The translations under genes and the position numbers were made by a program. Positions 19,249 through 27,905 of a stretch of 64,000 nt of DNA are shown in pieces. The stretch covers positions 16,061-80,060 of the forward strand of contig NZ_SUUH01000005.1 of assembly GCF_015062615.1 (NCBI RefSeq), given 5' to 3'. Every line of letters begins with the position of its first letter. Positions within the stretch are counted from its first letter, which is position 1. The DNA comes from Denitrobacterium detoxificans. GTDB lineage: Bacteria; Actinomycetota; Coriobacteriia; Coriobacteriales; Eggerthellaceae. Under the pieces are notes generated by a model. It did no database searches, was not told where the DNA came from, and saw only the letters and a program-made list of their open reading frames with translations.

Positions 19249-20262
19249 TCGCCTCAGCGCGGCGAGTTCGTTTTTCATTTCCGGGGAAACGCGACGGCTT
19301 TCGCGAGCCTTCTGGATGGCTTTGTTGTGGGTCCAGGTGTCGAGAGCTCCTCGTTCCAGTACGTCATGTGCGTCGGCGGGCTGCTTCACGATTGCTTCGG
19401 CAACGTACCACGCACGCATCATGTCAATGTAGTATTCGCCTGGCTGAACGCCCACGACGGCATCCGTGAAGGCGGGGTCGTACTGTTCGTCGAGAAACCA
19501 GCGCATGAGCACGCCGATGCCGAAGCGCGTCATGTATGTCATGCCCTCGCGTTGCCCGCGTTCTATCCAGGAGAGGGCGAGCGCGGCCGTTTGCTCGGGG
19601 CGTTTTGCCAGCACGGGCGGGCGCATTTGGTCGCAGGTCGCCCAGTTGTCGACGTGGGGCAGGAAGGCCTCGAGCGCTTCGATAAGGGCGTCGTAGTCCT
19701 TCTGGCCGTTCAGCACGAATGCATGCAGCTGGTTTTCCTCGAAGGTGCGATGGGGAAGCGCGTTCAGGAACAGCTCGATGTCGTCGCGCTTGGCGAGCGT
19801 TTTTGCGAGCTTCTTGAGATCGGGCGTTCGCACGCCGATGATCCGATCGGGGGTAACGGTTGGCATGAGGGGCGCCATGAACTGGGCATATTTCTTGTCG
19901 CGCAGGCTCTGCAGGCTTGATTCGACGTCGTAGGCGATGTCGTTCTGGCGTACGTCGATGTCAAATGCCTCCGCAAGCAGCGCTTCGAAGGGCTGCTCGT
20001 TGGTAACCGCTTCGAGCATTCGTTCCTTTTCGGCGCGCGAAAGCTGCTTGAAGTGCCATTCCGCGCTCATGGCCGCATGCCTTGATGCGAAGCGTGCGTA
20101 TGTTACAAGCTCTACGGGGCGACGGCATTTGGTGTACTTTGCGCCTTGTCCGGCGTTGTGCGTTGCGACGCGAGCGTCAACATCGGTGGAATAACCGCAG
20201 TACAGCGTGTCGTCGGCGCAGCGAAGCACGTAGGTAAAGTATGTTGGGGGCTGCTTGGTCAT
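19246..20262 (-). CDS. fusion protein: N-terminal GIY-YIG nuclease domain plus C-terminal DNA alkylation repair (AlkD/AlkC-like HEAT-repeat) domain
   Basis: N-terminus [35 protein letters not shown] (GIY-YIG). The remaining about 240 aa resemble the DNA alkylation repair enzyme family (..NWATCDQ..). Confidence 0.8.
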   Translation of the reverse strand: MTKQPPTYFTYVLRCADDTLYCGYSTDVDARVATHNAGQGAKYTKCRRPVELVTYARFASRHAAMSAEWHFKQLSRAEKERMLEAVTNEQPFEALLAEAFDIDVRQNDIAYDVESSLQSLRDKKYAQFMAPLMPTVTPDRIIGVRTPDLKKLAKTLAKRDDIELFLNALPHRTFEENQLHAFVLNGQKDYDALIEALEAFLPHVDNWATCDQMRPPVLAKRPEQTAALALSWIERGQREGMTYMTRFGIGVLMRWFLDEQYDPAFTDAVVGVQPGEYYIDMMRAWYVAEAIVKQPADAHDVLERGALDTWTHNKAIQKARESRRVSPEMKNELAALRR

Positions 20263-20328
20263 GTGGGTATTGTACCCCGCCGTGCTTGCGCTTCCGCGAC
20301 GAGGGGCTGCCTGCGTGCAATTGCCGTT

Positions 20329-21042
20329 TTATTCCATTCCCAGAAATTTTCGAATCTCGGGGGAGTGGTCCTGGTCGAACAGCTCGTTTGCGGGAACAAC
20401 GCACTGAAGCCGCCCGTTCAGGATGATGCCGACGCGATCGGCGAGCGTTTGCGCTTCGTGAAAGTCGTGCGTTACGAATACGATGGTGCACCCAAACTGG
20501 CTGTGAATGCAGCGGAGCATGCGATACATGGCCTGTTTCGTGGTGGGGTCGAGCGCGGAAAAGGGCTCGTCGAGGATGAGAATGTCAGGCTCTAGCACGA
20601 GTGCGCGGGCAAGCGCGCATCGCTGCGCTTCGCCGCCGCTGATGATTCCAGGAAGCCGTTCGGCAATGTGTTCAATTTCGAATAGTTCGAGCATTTGGCT
20701 CGCGCGTTTGGCTATTTCCTCGCGGGGCACCTTGTGGCGTTTCAGGCCGTATGCAATGTTGTCGCGCACGGTCATGTGCGGGAATAGCGCGTAATCTTGG
20801 TACAGGATGCCCAGATGGCGCTGCTGGATGGGCAGGCCATCAACGTCTTTGCCGTCAAGCAGGATGCTGCCGCGTTCGATGGGGTATGCCCCCGCGATGG
20901 ATTCCATGAGCACGGTTTTCCCCGAGCCCGTTGTTCCCAGGATGGCAAATACCTCGCCTGGTTCAATATGCAGGTCGTCCACGTGCAATGTGAACTCGCC
21001 GCGTGTGACCATCAGGTTGTGCACGTCGATAAAGCCGGGCAT
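20329..21042 (-). CDS. ABC transporter ATP-binding protein (molybdate/tungstate-type, no TOBE domain)
   Basis: Walker A GTTGSGKT, signature ISGGEAQR, Walker B ILILDEPF; 237 aa. Confidence 0.9.
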   Translation of the reverse strand: MPGFIDVHNLMVTRGEFTLHVDDLHIEPGEVFAILGTTGSGKTVLMESIAGAYPIERGSILLDGKDVDGLPIQQRHLGILYQDYALFPHMTVRDNIAYGLKRHKVPREEIAKRASQMLELFEIEHIAERLPGIISGGEAQRCALARALVLEPDILILDEPFSALDPTTKQAMYRMLRCIHSQFGCTIVFVTHDFHEAQTLADRVGIILNGRLQCVVPANELFDQDHSPEIRKFLGME

Positions 21043-21900
21043 CTAGTCGTCCTTTCGAGGGCGTTTGCGATTGCTTACGCGGGCGGCGCCAATGGGCTTG
21101 GTAAGAACGTTCGATATGACGAGCGTTGCCGCAGATACCACGAGCATGATCATGGCGGTGGCCATGGCCGTGTCGGTGTTGCCCGTGGAAATGGAAAGGT
21201 ACACGCTGCCAGGCAGGGTTTCGGTGCGCATGCGCGTAACGCCCACCAGCATGAGCGTGGCGCCGAATTCGCCGATGCCGCGTGCCCAGGTGAGCACGAA
21301 CGTGGAGATGACGGTGTTGCGGCAGAGGGGGAGCAGCACGGTGCGAAATGTCTGAAACGAGCTTGCGCCCAGCGTCTTCGCGATGAACTCCATGCGGGGG
21401 TTCACGTCCTTGAAAGCCGTGAGCATCATGCGAATGGAGAAGGGCAGGTTCACGATAAGCTGGGCGAACACAATGCCAACGGGTTGGAATACCACGGCGA
21501 ACCCAAAGTCTTTCAGCGCTTTGCCCGCAGGGGAGGAAAACATGAGCAGCAGGGCGAAGCCGAGCACGATGTACGGAAGCGACATGGTGAGCTGCATGAG
21601 CGTTTCGGCAGCGCGCTTGCACGGCATGTTGGTGCGCGTGAATGCGTACGCCGTTGGCAGCGCGATGAGCAGGCAGAGCGCCGTGGAAATGGTCGATGTT
21701 GCAACGCTCATCTGCAGCGAGAAGAGAACTTCCGCCGAAGAGACGGCTTCGGAAAGGTGCGTTACGCCACCTGCGATGATGGTTAGGATGGCGCACCCGA
21801 TGAAGAGGAGCGGAATGCAAGCGATGGCAATGCACACCGCACTGAAGCGGTCTTTCAGCCGCCCAGCATGCTTTATGGGAGGTTTGTTGCGTTGAATCAT
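21043..21900 (-). CDS. ABC transporter permease (ModB/CysTW-type)
   Basis: ORF trimmed to ATG 21900 (MIQRNKPP..), so it does not overlap the upstream gene. Six hydrophobic segments and an EAA-like loop. Confidence 0.85.
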   Translation of the reverse strand: MIQRNKPPIKHAGRLKDRFSAVCIAIACIPLLFIGCAILTIIAGGVTHLSEAVSSAEVLFSLQMSVATSTISTALCLLIALPTAYAFTRTNMPCKRAAETLMQLTMSLPYIVLGFALLLMFSSPAGKALKDFGFAVVFQPVGIVFAQLIVNLPFSIRMMLTAFKDVNPRMEFIAKTLGASSFQTFRTVLLPLCRNTVISTFVLTWARGIGEFGATLMLVGVTRMRTETLPGSVYLSISTGNTDTAMATAMIMLVVSAATLVISNVLTKPIGAARVSNRKRPRKDD

Positions 21901-21950
21901 GGTTGTGTTTTGGCCGAGGCGCGAGTGGACGCCCCGGCCAAAGGGGAGGC

Positions 21951-22802
21951 CTATTTGCCGGCCAGTTCGTAGCCGTATTTCTGCCAAATGTCGTTGGCCG
22001 TGCTGGTCTGCAGGAATGCGTCAAATGCGTCGGCTGCGTCCTTGTTAGCAACGCTGGTAAGGCGTGCGGCGGGAACGGTTTTCACGTATTTGTCCATGTC
22101 GCTCGTTTCCAGGATGGAGGCGCCGTCGGCCTTCACGTTTTCCTTCCACACGATGCCTGCGTCGCCTTCGCCCGACGCCAGTGCCGTGGCGATTTGCGGA
22201 GCGGTGGTTGTGGTAGTGATGGCGTTCTTTTCCTGAAGGGCATCCCAGATACCGGCGTCGGTGAGCGCCTTCTGGGCGATCTTGCCGATGGGCGTGGATT
22301 CGGGGTCGCCAATGAGCAGCGTGTCGCAGTTCGCCAGGTCGCCCAGTGCGGTAATGCCCTTCGGGTTTGCGGTTGGCACGGCGATAACGGGGATATGCTT
22401 TACCAGGTCGGTACTGGTCTCTACGTAATCCGCCACGGGCTTCAATTCGTCGGCGGAGCCAGCGATGAAGTAGTCGCCCTCTTGCGTGGCGGTAATCTGC
22501 GTTTGGATCTGCGCAGCATTCGCGAAGGTGATGTTCATCTCGCAGCCCGTTTCGGCTTTGAACGCATCGGCGATTTCCTGGAACGGGTCGGTCATGCCGG
22601 CGCCGCAGTAGATGTTCAATGCGCTTCCCGCAAGCGATGCAGTAGTTGCAGCGTTGTCCGTGTTGGCGCTTGCCGTTTCGCTTTGCGTGGACTGCTTGGC
22701 GCAGCCAATGAATACGCCACCTGCGGCGAGCGTGAGGGCGGCGACGCCCGAGTATTTGAGTATGTCACGACGTGTGTACTGGTTTGCGAATGATTCTTCC
22801 AT
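21951..22802 (-). CDS. ModA/WtpA-like periplasmic oxyanion-binding lipoprotein
   Basis: ATG 22802 preceded by GGGAGAGG. Tat/lipobox-like N-terminus RRDILKYSGVAALTLAAGGVFIGC; first gene of a 3-gene ABC operon. Confidence 0.8.
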   Translation of the reverse strand: MEESFANQYTRRDILKYSGVAALTLAAGGVFIGCAKQSTQSETASANTDNAATTASLAGSALNIYCGAGMTDPFQEIADAFKAETGCEMNITFANAAQIQTQITATQEGDYFIAGSADELKPVADYVETSTDLVKHIPVIAVPTANPKGITALGDLANCDTLLIGDPESTPIGKIAQKALTDAGIWDALQEKNAITTTTTAPQIATALASGEGDAGIVWKENVKADGASILETSDMDKYVKTVPAARLTSVANKDAADAFDAFLQTSTANDIWQKYGYELAGK

Positions 22803-22829
22803 GTGTGCCTCTCCCAATGTTCAAATATA

Positions 22830-22855
22830 CTCGTATGAGGTTATTCACATACGAG
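22830..22855 (-). promoter_or_regulatory. candidate operator palindrome in modA-like promoter
   Basis: CTCGTATG-N10-CATACGAG inverted repeat, 28 nt upstream of the start codon and adjacent to the LysR gene. Confidence 0.3.
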
Positions 22856-22958
22856 GTTAAACATGGATAAATATATCCCAATATGAGGATAAAATCAGTA
22901 CGAAATTGATGAATGTGCGCCCTTTTCGGGATGCGCAGAATTGTGCCTGGTTGTAGCT

Positions 22959-23840
22959 CTATTTGGACTGCTGCGCGCCGATCCAGTTGCGCGTGCATTC
23001 AATGAATGCCTTTGCGGCGATGGAAGCCTTTTCGTAGCTGCGTACCGCGATGGCAACCTGGCGCTGCATGGGGATTTCCGGCTCGAGCATGGCTAGGTCG
23101 TACGGCATATCGCGCAGGAGCAGCTGGGGGAATAGCCCATAGCCCAGCCCCTGGTTCACCATGGCCATAACGGCATAGTCGTTGTCGATCTCCATTTTCA
23201 CGTGCGGTTTTACGTTGTGGTTCTCGAAGAGCGCATCCATTTCGGTGTGCGTGTCGTTGCGGACCTTGATGTACGGTTCGCTTTCCATGGCTTCGGTGGG
23301 GAAGAAGTCGGCGTTGGCCAGCGGATGGTCCTTTGCCACCACGAAGTACATGGGGTCTTGCGCAAGGGGGATAGTGAAGAAGTGCTTCGACGTGGGCAGC
23401 ACCAAAAAGCCGCAGTCGTATTCACCGTGCCAGAGGGTTGCTTCTTGCGCGTCCTGCTCCTCGTATACCGCAATGTCGAATTCCACGTTGGGATGGTCTT
23501 GCTGAAACTCGCGAATGATGTGGGGGAGCCAGTGAATTGCGATGCTGGCGAAGGCCGAGATGCGCACCGTGCCGCCCTCTACGTGGCGTACGTCGTCAAG
23601 GCGTGTCTGGAGGGCGCGTTCGGCGTTGCAGACGTCTTGAACCCAAGGGAGAAGCGCGCGTCCGTCAGGCGTAAGGCGTGCTCCGGCGTGGTCGCGGATG
23701 AACAGCGATGTTCCCATTTCGTTTTCGAGGGCGTTGATGATGTAGCTAATGCCAGCCTGGGTGTAGCCCAGTTCTTCCGCGGCCGCCTTGAAGCTGCCCG
23801 TTTCGGCTGCTTTTACAAACGCTTCATACTTCTGGTTCAT
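22959..23840 (-). CDS. LysR-family transcriptional regulator
   Basis: N-terminal HTH FKAAAEELGYTQAGISYIINALE; 293 aa. Confidence 0.92.
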   Translation of the reverse strand: MNQKYEAFVKAAETGSFKAAAEELGYTQAGISYIINALENEMGTSLFIRDHAGARLTPDGRALLPWVQDVCNAERALQTRLDDVRHVEGGTVRISAFASIAIHWLPHIIREFQQDHPNVEFDIAVYEEQDAQEATLWHGEYDCGFLVLPTSKHFFTIPLAQDPMYFVVAKDHPLANADFFPTEAMESEPYIKVRNDTHTEMDALFENHNVKPHVKMEIDNDYAVMAMVNQGLGYGLFPQLLLRDMPYDLAMLEPEIPMQRQVAIAVRSYEKASIAAKAFIECTRNWIGAQQSK

Positions 23841-24057
23841 TGTTTGCCCACTTCATATTGGTAAACAAGCACGTCAAGAGGTATATAAGATACTCTTGTA
23901 TATGCTTAGAATACTCTCGATATACTTTTTTATGCAAGCGCGATAGTATGAGCGTAGCAAGTCGGCGTATAGCGCGTTGCGCGAGCCAAGCATCAGTTGC
24001 ATATGCAGCAAGCGGGGTAGCCCCTGCTTAGGTTCGTGCGCGCAGGAAGGCAAAGCG

Positions 24058-24966
24058 GTGTTCAACAAGAGGTGGATATTCATTGGGCTCGTTGTCATGC
24101 AGACGGCCATCTACGGGATGGGTAACGTCGTCATGAAGATTGCCTACGAGGGTATTTCTCCCCTGTGGTGCGCTGCCTTGCGCTTTGGTATTGCATTCGC
24201 CGTGTTCATGCTCGTGTTTGGGCGCAAGGTTGTCCCTCTGCTGCGTGGTGTCCGCCTAGGCGCCTGGCTGCCTTCGAGCGCCTTCATGGCCGTGAGCTAT
24301 CTTGCGTGCAGCTTGGCCGTCAACCTTACGAGCGCTACGAATGCTGGCTTCTTCATTGCTCTGCCCATGCTGTTTACGCCTGTGCTGTCGCTTCTCGTGA
24401 CGGGAAGCAAATTCGGCAAGAGCACGGTGTTTCTGCAGGGCATGGTCATAGCGGGTTTGTATCTGCTGTGCTGCAATGGTGGTGCGCTCCAGTTCGGATG
24501 GGGCGAGCTGTTCGGCCTGTTCAGCTCTGCTACGTTTGCCGCTTCCCTGGTGTTTGGCGAACGAGGCCTGGGCGAAGTTGATCCCATTGCCCTTTCCACT
24601 GCCCAGATAGGCGTTACGTTCGTTGCCGCTTTGGGCGCTGCTATCGCTTTCGAGTCGATGCCCGTCTTCTCCGCGGTGCCTGTTGCCAGCTGGGCGTCCA
24701 TCGTCTTCTTGGGGCTGTTCGGAACCTGTTTGGCGTTCTTCCTGCAGAACTTCGCGTTGGCTCATGTGCCTTCCGCGACCGTTTCCGTCATCCTGTGCGC
24801 CGAGCCCGTCTTCACCGCTGCTATCAGCGCCGTGGCTCTGGGGGAGGTGCTTACTGGCCTAGGGGTCGCCGGTGCCGCCCTCATCGTGGCCTCCACCGTT
24901 GTGGCTTCGCGCCTCGAATCCAAGCCCGCCGCTGAACAGGGGCAGCTTTCCGCCGCTGAAGCCTAG
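24058..24966 (+). CDS. EamA/DMT-family transporter
   Basis: ORF trimmed to GTG 24058 after AGGAAGG; 10 hydrophobic segments in two EamA-like halves. Confidence 0.8.
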   Translation: MFNKRWIFIGLVVMQTAIYGMGNVVMKIAYEGISPLWCAALRFGIAFAVFMLVFGRKVVPLLRGVRLGAWLPSSAFMAVSYLACSLAVNLTSATNAGFFIALPMLFTPVLSLLVTGSKFGKSTVFLQGMVIAGLYLLCCNGGALQFGWGELFGLFSSATFAASLVFGERGLGEVDPIALSTAQIGVTFVAALGAAIAFESMPVFSAVPVASWASIVFLGLFGTCLAFFLQNFALAHVPSATVSVILCAEPVFTAAISAVALGEVLTGLGVAGAALIVASTVVASRLESKPAAEQGQLSAAEA

Positions 24967-24977
24967 TTCGGTCCCGG

Positions 24978-25206
24978 GGCCGACCGGCATATGCCCTTCG
25001 GGGCACCCGCTCCGCTGCTCGCGTGGGCAAGGCCCCGCACGGGCCTTGCCCTACGCTCGTGCGCTCGCTGGTTCATGTTTTTACTTGCGCTGCCCGGGCC
25101 TTCCTTGGCGTTTCGGAAACTGCGTTTCCGCTCCGCCTTCGGAAGGCCCATTTGCAGCGCATTTGTTTGCTTTCACAGTGCCCCTGCGGGCATATCCCGG
25201 TCGGCC
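24978..25206 (+). repeat. structured mosaic repeat, copy C (long type)
   Basis: Closing stem GGCCGACCGGCATATGCCC/GGGCATATCCCGGTCGGCC (1 mismatch) around the conserved core; starts 11 nt after the EamA stop. Confidence 0.9.
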
Positions 25207-25581
25207 TAGCGTTCCGGGGTGCTTGTAGCGGATGTAAGCCTCTTGCGGGCGCCTCATGCTTGCTACGAGGTGCGAGGGCGTCATCGCCGTCCCGCAACGA
25301 TGAGTGCGGCCCTTTGTAAATCTTTATTTGGCTTGCAACCCGTTGGGCTCGCATGTCTTCGTTGTGGTCAATCGGGTTTAAAGGTTTAAACCTTCTCAGC
25401 TTCGGCAGCGCGGGCTCCGTGCGGGGTCGTGGCCCTTTCGAGGGGTTGGTTTGCTAACGAGTGTGTACCGTCTCGTGTGGGCATACGCGTTCCAGCAAGA
25501 CTCTTCGAGTTGCGACTGGCGTTTCGTGTGATGTTGAGGGGATAGCCAATCGTGGCGGGCCCACCCGAATCCGCGCTAGCG

Positions 25582-25822
25582 CCCGGGCGGCGCCCCTTCC
25601 CGAGGGCACTGTGAAAGCCAACCAGAAACGCGCTACGTTCGGGATGGGGCCGTAGAGGGCGGGAAGCGCAGCTTCACGCGTATCTACGCCCCATCCCGAA
25701 CAGCGCGAAGTGAAAGCATGAACCAGCGAGCGCACGAGCGTAGGCTTCGGCCCGTGTGGGGCCGAAGCCACGCGAGCAGCGGAGCGGGTGCCTCGGGGAG
25801 GGACGCCGCCTGTCCGCCCGGG
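25582..25822 (-). repeat. structured mosaic repeat, copy D (long type, degenerate closing stem)
   Basis: Core blocks in reverse orientation. Central stem replaced by TTCGGGATGGGGC/GCCCCATCCCGAA. Confidence 0.85.
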
Positions 25823-25835
25823 AGCGCATAGATAT

Positions 25836-25865
25836 GAAAAAGGGCCAGCCCCGAAGGACTGACCC
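25836..25865 (-). terminator. intrinsic terminator of pknB operon
   Basis: On minus strand: GGGTCAGTCC-TTCG-GGGCTGGCCC (two G.U pairs) followed by TTTTT. Confidence 0.85.
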
Positions 25866-25886
25866 GAAAACGAACAAGCCAGAAGA

Positions 25887-27845
25887 CTAGTTGGAACTCG
25901 ATGAGCTCGAACTGGAAGAGTCGGAGCTACTGGAGTCGCTCGACGACGAGCTGGAACCGCTCGAAGAGGAGCTGGAAGAGCTTGCGGGGCCCGTGCTGAC
26001 GTAGATGGAGATGGACCCATCGGAGTTCTTCTTCTGGTCGATGACGACGCCCTTGGCAACGGTGCTGCTGGACTGATCGACCACGTGTACGTCAAAGTCG
26101 CTCAGCTCGGAAAGCGCTTCCGACTGGGTGAGGCCAATTACGTTGGGGACGGACTGCTGTCCCAGCGATACCACGTAGGTGACCTTGGTGCCCTTTTCGA
26201 CCTTCGTGCTCTTCGAGGGGTTCTGCGAGATGATGCAACCCTTGGCGACCGTGGTGGAATACTGGGAATCGCTTGCGCTACCCGTAAGGCCAACGGCTTC
26301 GAGTGCTTCCTTGGCTTCGGATTCCGTCATGCCGGAAAGATCGGGCACGGAAACGTTCTGAGAGCCCTTGGACAGGTAGTACGTAACGGTGGTGCCCGTG
26401 TCTACCTTCGTGCCGGCGGTAACGTCCTGACGGGCTACCGTGCCTTCGGCGGCACTATCGGAGTATTCGGAGGTGCCTTCCTTGGCGGTGAGCCCCAGCT
26501 TGCTAAGCGCGGCTTTTGCCTGGTCGGCCGTCATGCCGGAAAGGTCGGGAACTTCGATTTGCTCCTTGCCCTTGGAAACGTTCAGATTCACCGTGGTGCC
26601 TTCGGCGGCCTTGGTGCCAGCCGAGGGGTCGGTGGAGACCACGTTACCTGCAGCAACGGTATCGCTGTACACCTCGGTGGTGGTGCCCACTTCGTAGCCA
26701 GATGCCTTCAGCGTTACGGCGGCTGCCTGCGCGCTTTGGCCCGTTACGTCGGGAACCGTGCCCTCCTTGTTGCCGGTAATGAGGAACACGGCTGCGGCGA
26801 TGACCGCAACGACAACAATGAGCAGCAAGGCTACCACGATGTTGCGATTGCGCTTCTTCTTGCGTAGCGCCTCTTCGTCGACCGCCTTCATGGTGCGCGC
26901 CGCCTGGGTGGGGGCGCCCGTAGCGCCGTCGACGGCAGGCATGACCTGCGTGCCGTCGGCCATGGGCGGCACGAATGCGCCTGCCATGACATGCGTTGCG
27001 TCGGCCATGTTCACCGGGCGACCGGCAAGGTAGTCGTTCAGCGCATGCTTCATGTCGCTTACGGTGGCGAAACGCGCCAGCGGATCCTTTTCCAGGGCGC
27101 GCATGATGATCTGCTCCAGGCCAGGGTCGACCTCGGGGTTGATTTCGCTCGGCGGAACGGGATATTCGCTCACCTGCTTCATGGCCACGCTTACGCTGTC
27201 GGGACCATCGAAGGGCAGCTTGCCCGTAACGGCCTCGTACATGACCACGCCAAGCGAGTAGATGTCGCTGGCGGGGGTGAGGTCTTTACCCTGTGCCTGT
27301 TCAGGCGAAATGTAATGCGCAGTGCCCAGCACGGCAGACGTCTGCTGCTTCATGGAGTTCTTCGCGCGTGCAATACCGAAGTCCATGACCTTCACGTTGC
27401 CGTCGGGCTGGACCATGATGTTTTGCGGCTTCACGTCGCGGTGAATGATGTCCTGGTTGTGTGCCACGGAAAGAGCCTGGCACACCTGGGAGCCAATTTC
27501 CGCGACCTTGCGCTGGCTAATGGCGCCACGCTGCGTGATGGCCGTCTTCAGGTCGCTGCCGCGCACGTATTCCATGACGATGAAGTACGTATCGCCGTCA
27601 TGGCCCCAGTCGTACACATTTACGATGTAGGGACTCTGCAGGTTGGCTGCCGATGCAGCTTCCTGGCGGAAACGCTGCGTGAAATCGGCGTCGGCGGCGT
27701 ATTGGGGGAGCATGACCTTCACCGCAACGACGCGACCGAGTACGCGGTCTTGCGCGCGGTATACTTCCGCCATGCCACCGATGCCAATGCGGTCGGTGAG
27801 CTGATAGCGGTTATTGAAGACTCTGCCTACCATGTTTCCGTTCAC
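25887..27845 (-). CDS. pknB: Ser/Thr protein kinase with PASTA repeats and poly-Ser tail
   Basis: GTG 27845 lies 7 nt after AAGGAG (ATG 27833 is an alternative). VAVK, HRDVKPQN, DFG and SPEQ motifs, TM segment, repeated PASTA-like units, C-terminal SSSSSSSSGSSSSSSDSSSSDSSSSSSSSSN. Confidence 0.93.
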   Translation of the reverse strand: MNGNMVGRVFNNRYQLTDRIGIGGMAEVYRAQDRVLGRVVAVKVMLPQYAADADFTQRFRQEAASAANLQSPYIVNVYDWGHDGDTYFIVMEYVRGSDLKTAITQRGAISQRKVAEIGSQVCQALSVAHNQDIIHRDVKPQNIMVQPDGNVKVMDFGIARAKNSMKQQTSAVLGTAHYISPEQAQGKDLTPASDIYSLGVVMYEAVTGKLPFDGPDSVSVAMKQVSEYPVPPSEINPEVDPGLEQIIMRALEKDPLARFATVSDMKHALNDYLAGRPVNMADATHVMAGAFVPPMADGTQVMPAVDGATGAPTQAARTMKAVDEEALRKKKRNRNIVVALLLIVVVAVIAAAVFLITGNKEGTVPDVTGQSAQAAAVTLKASGYEVGTTTEVYSDTVAAGNVVSTDPSAGTKAAEGTTVNLNVSKGKEQIEVPDLSGMTADQAKAALSKLGLTAKEGTSEYSDSAAEGTVARQDVTAGTKVDTGTTVTYYLSKGSQNVSVPDLSGMTESEAKEALEAVGLTGSASDSQYSTTVAKGCIISQNPSKSTKVEKGTKVTYVVSLGQQSVPNVIGLTQSEALSELSDFDVHVVDQSSSTVAKGVVIDQKKNSDGSISIYVSTGPASSSSSSSSGSSSSSSDSSSSDSSSSSSSSSN

Positions 27846-27905
27846 GTATAAACTCCTTTTGGGCACATGCTAGCGAGATATTACCTTAACGCTAGCATAC
27901 TCCAT

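Noticed and set aside
24991-25209. Small ORFs inside the mosaic repeats that give recurring peptides (..GAPAPLLAW.RP..G..LRSCARWFM..). Further examples are at 12955-13317, 13810-14082 and 52397-52714.
   Set aside because: Conservation is at the nucleotide level. The covarying helix changes alter the peptide (ARPQAGLAL versus FRPRTGRNL). Starts and lengths differ between copies and there is no RBS, so a structured nucleic acid fits better than a coding sequence.
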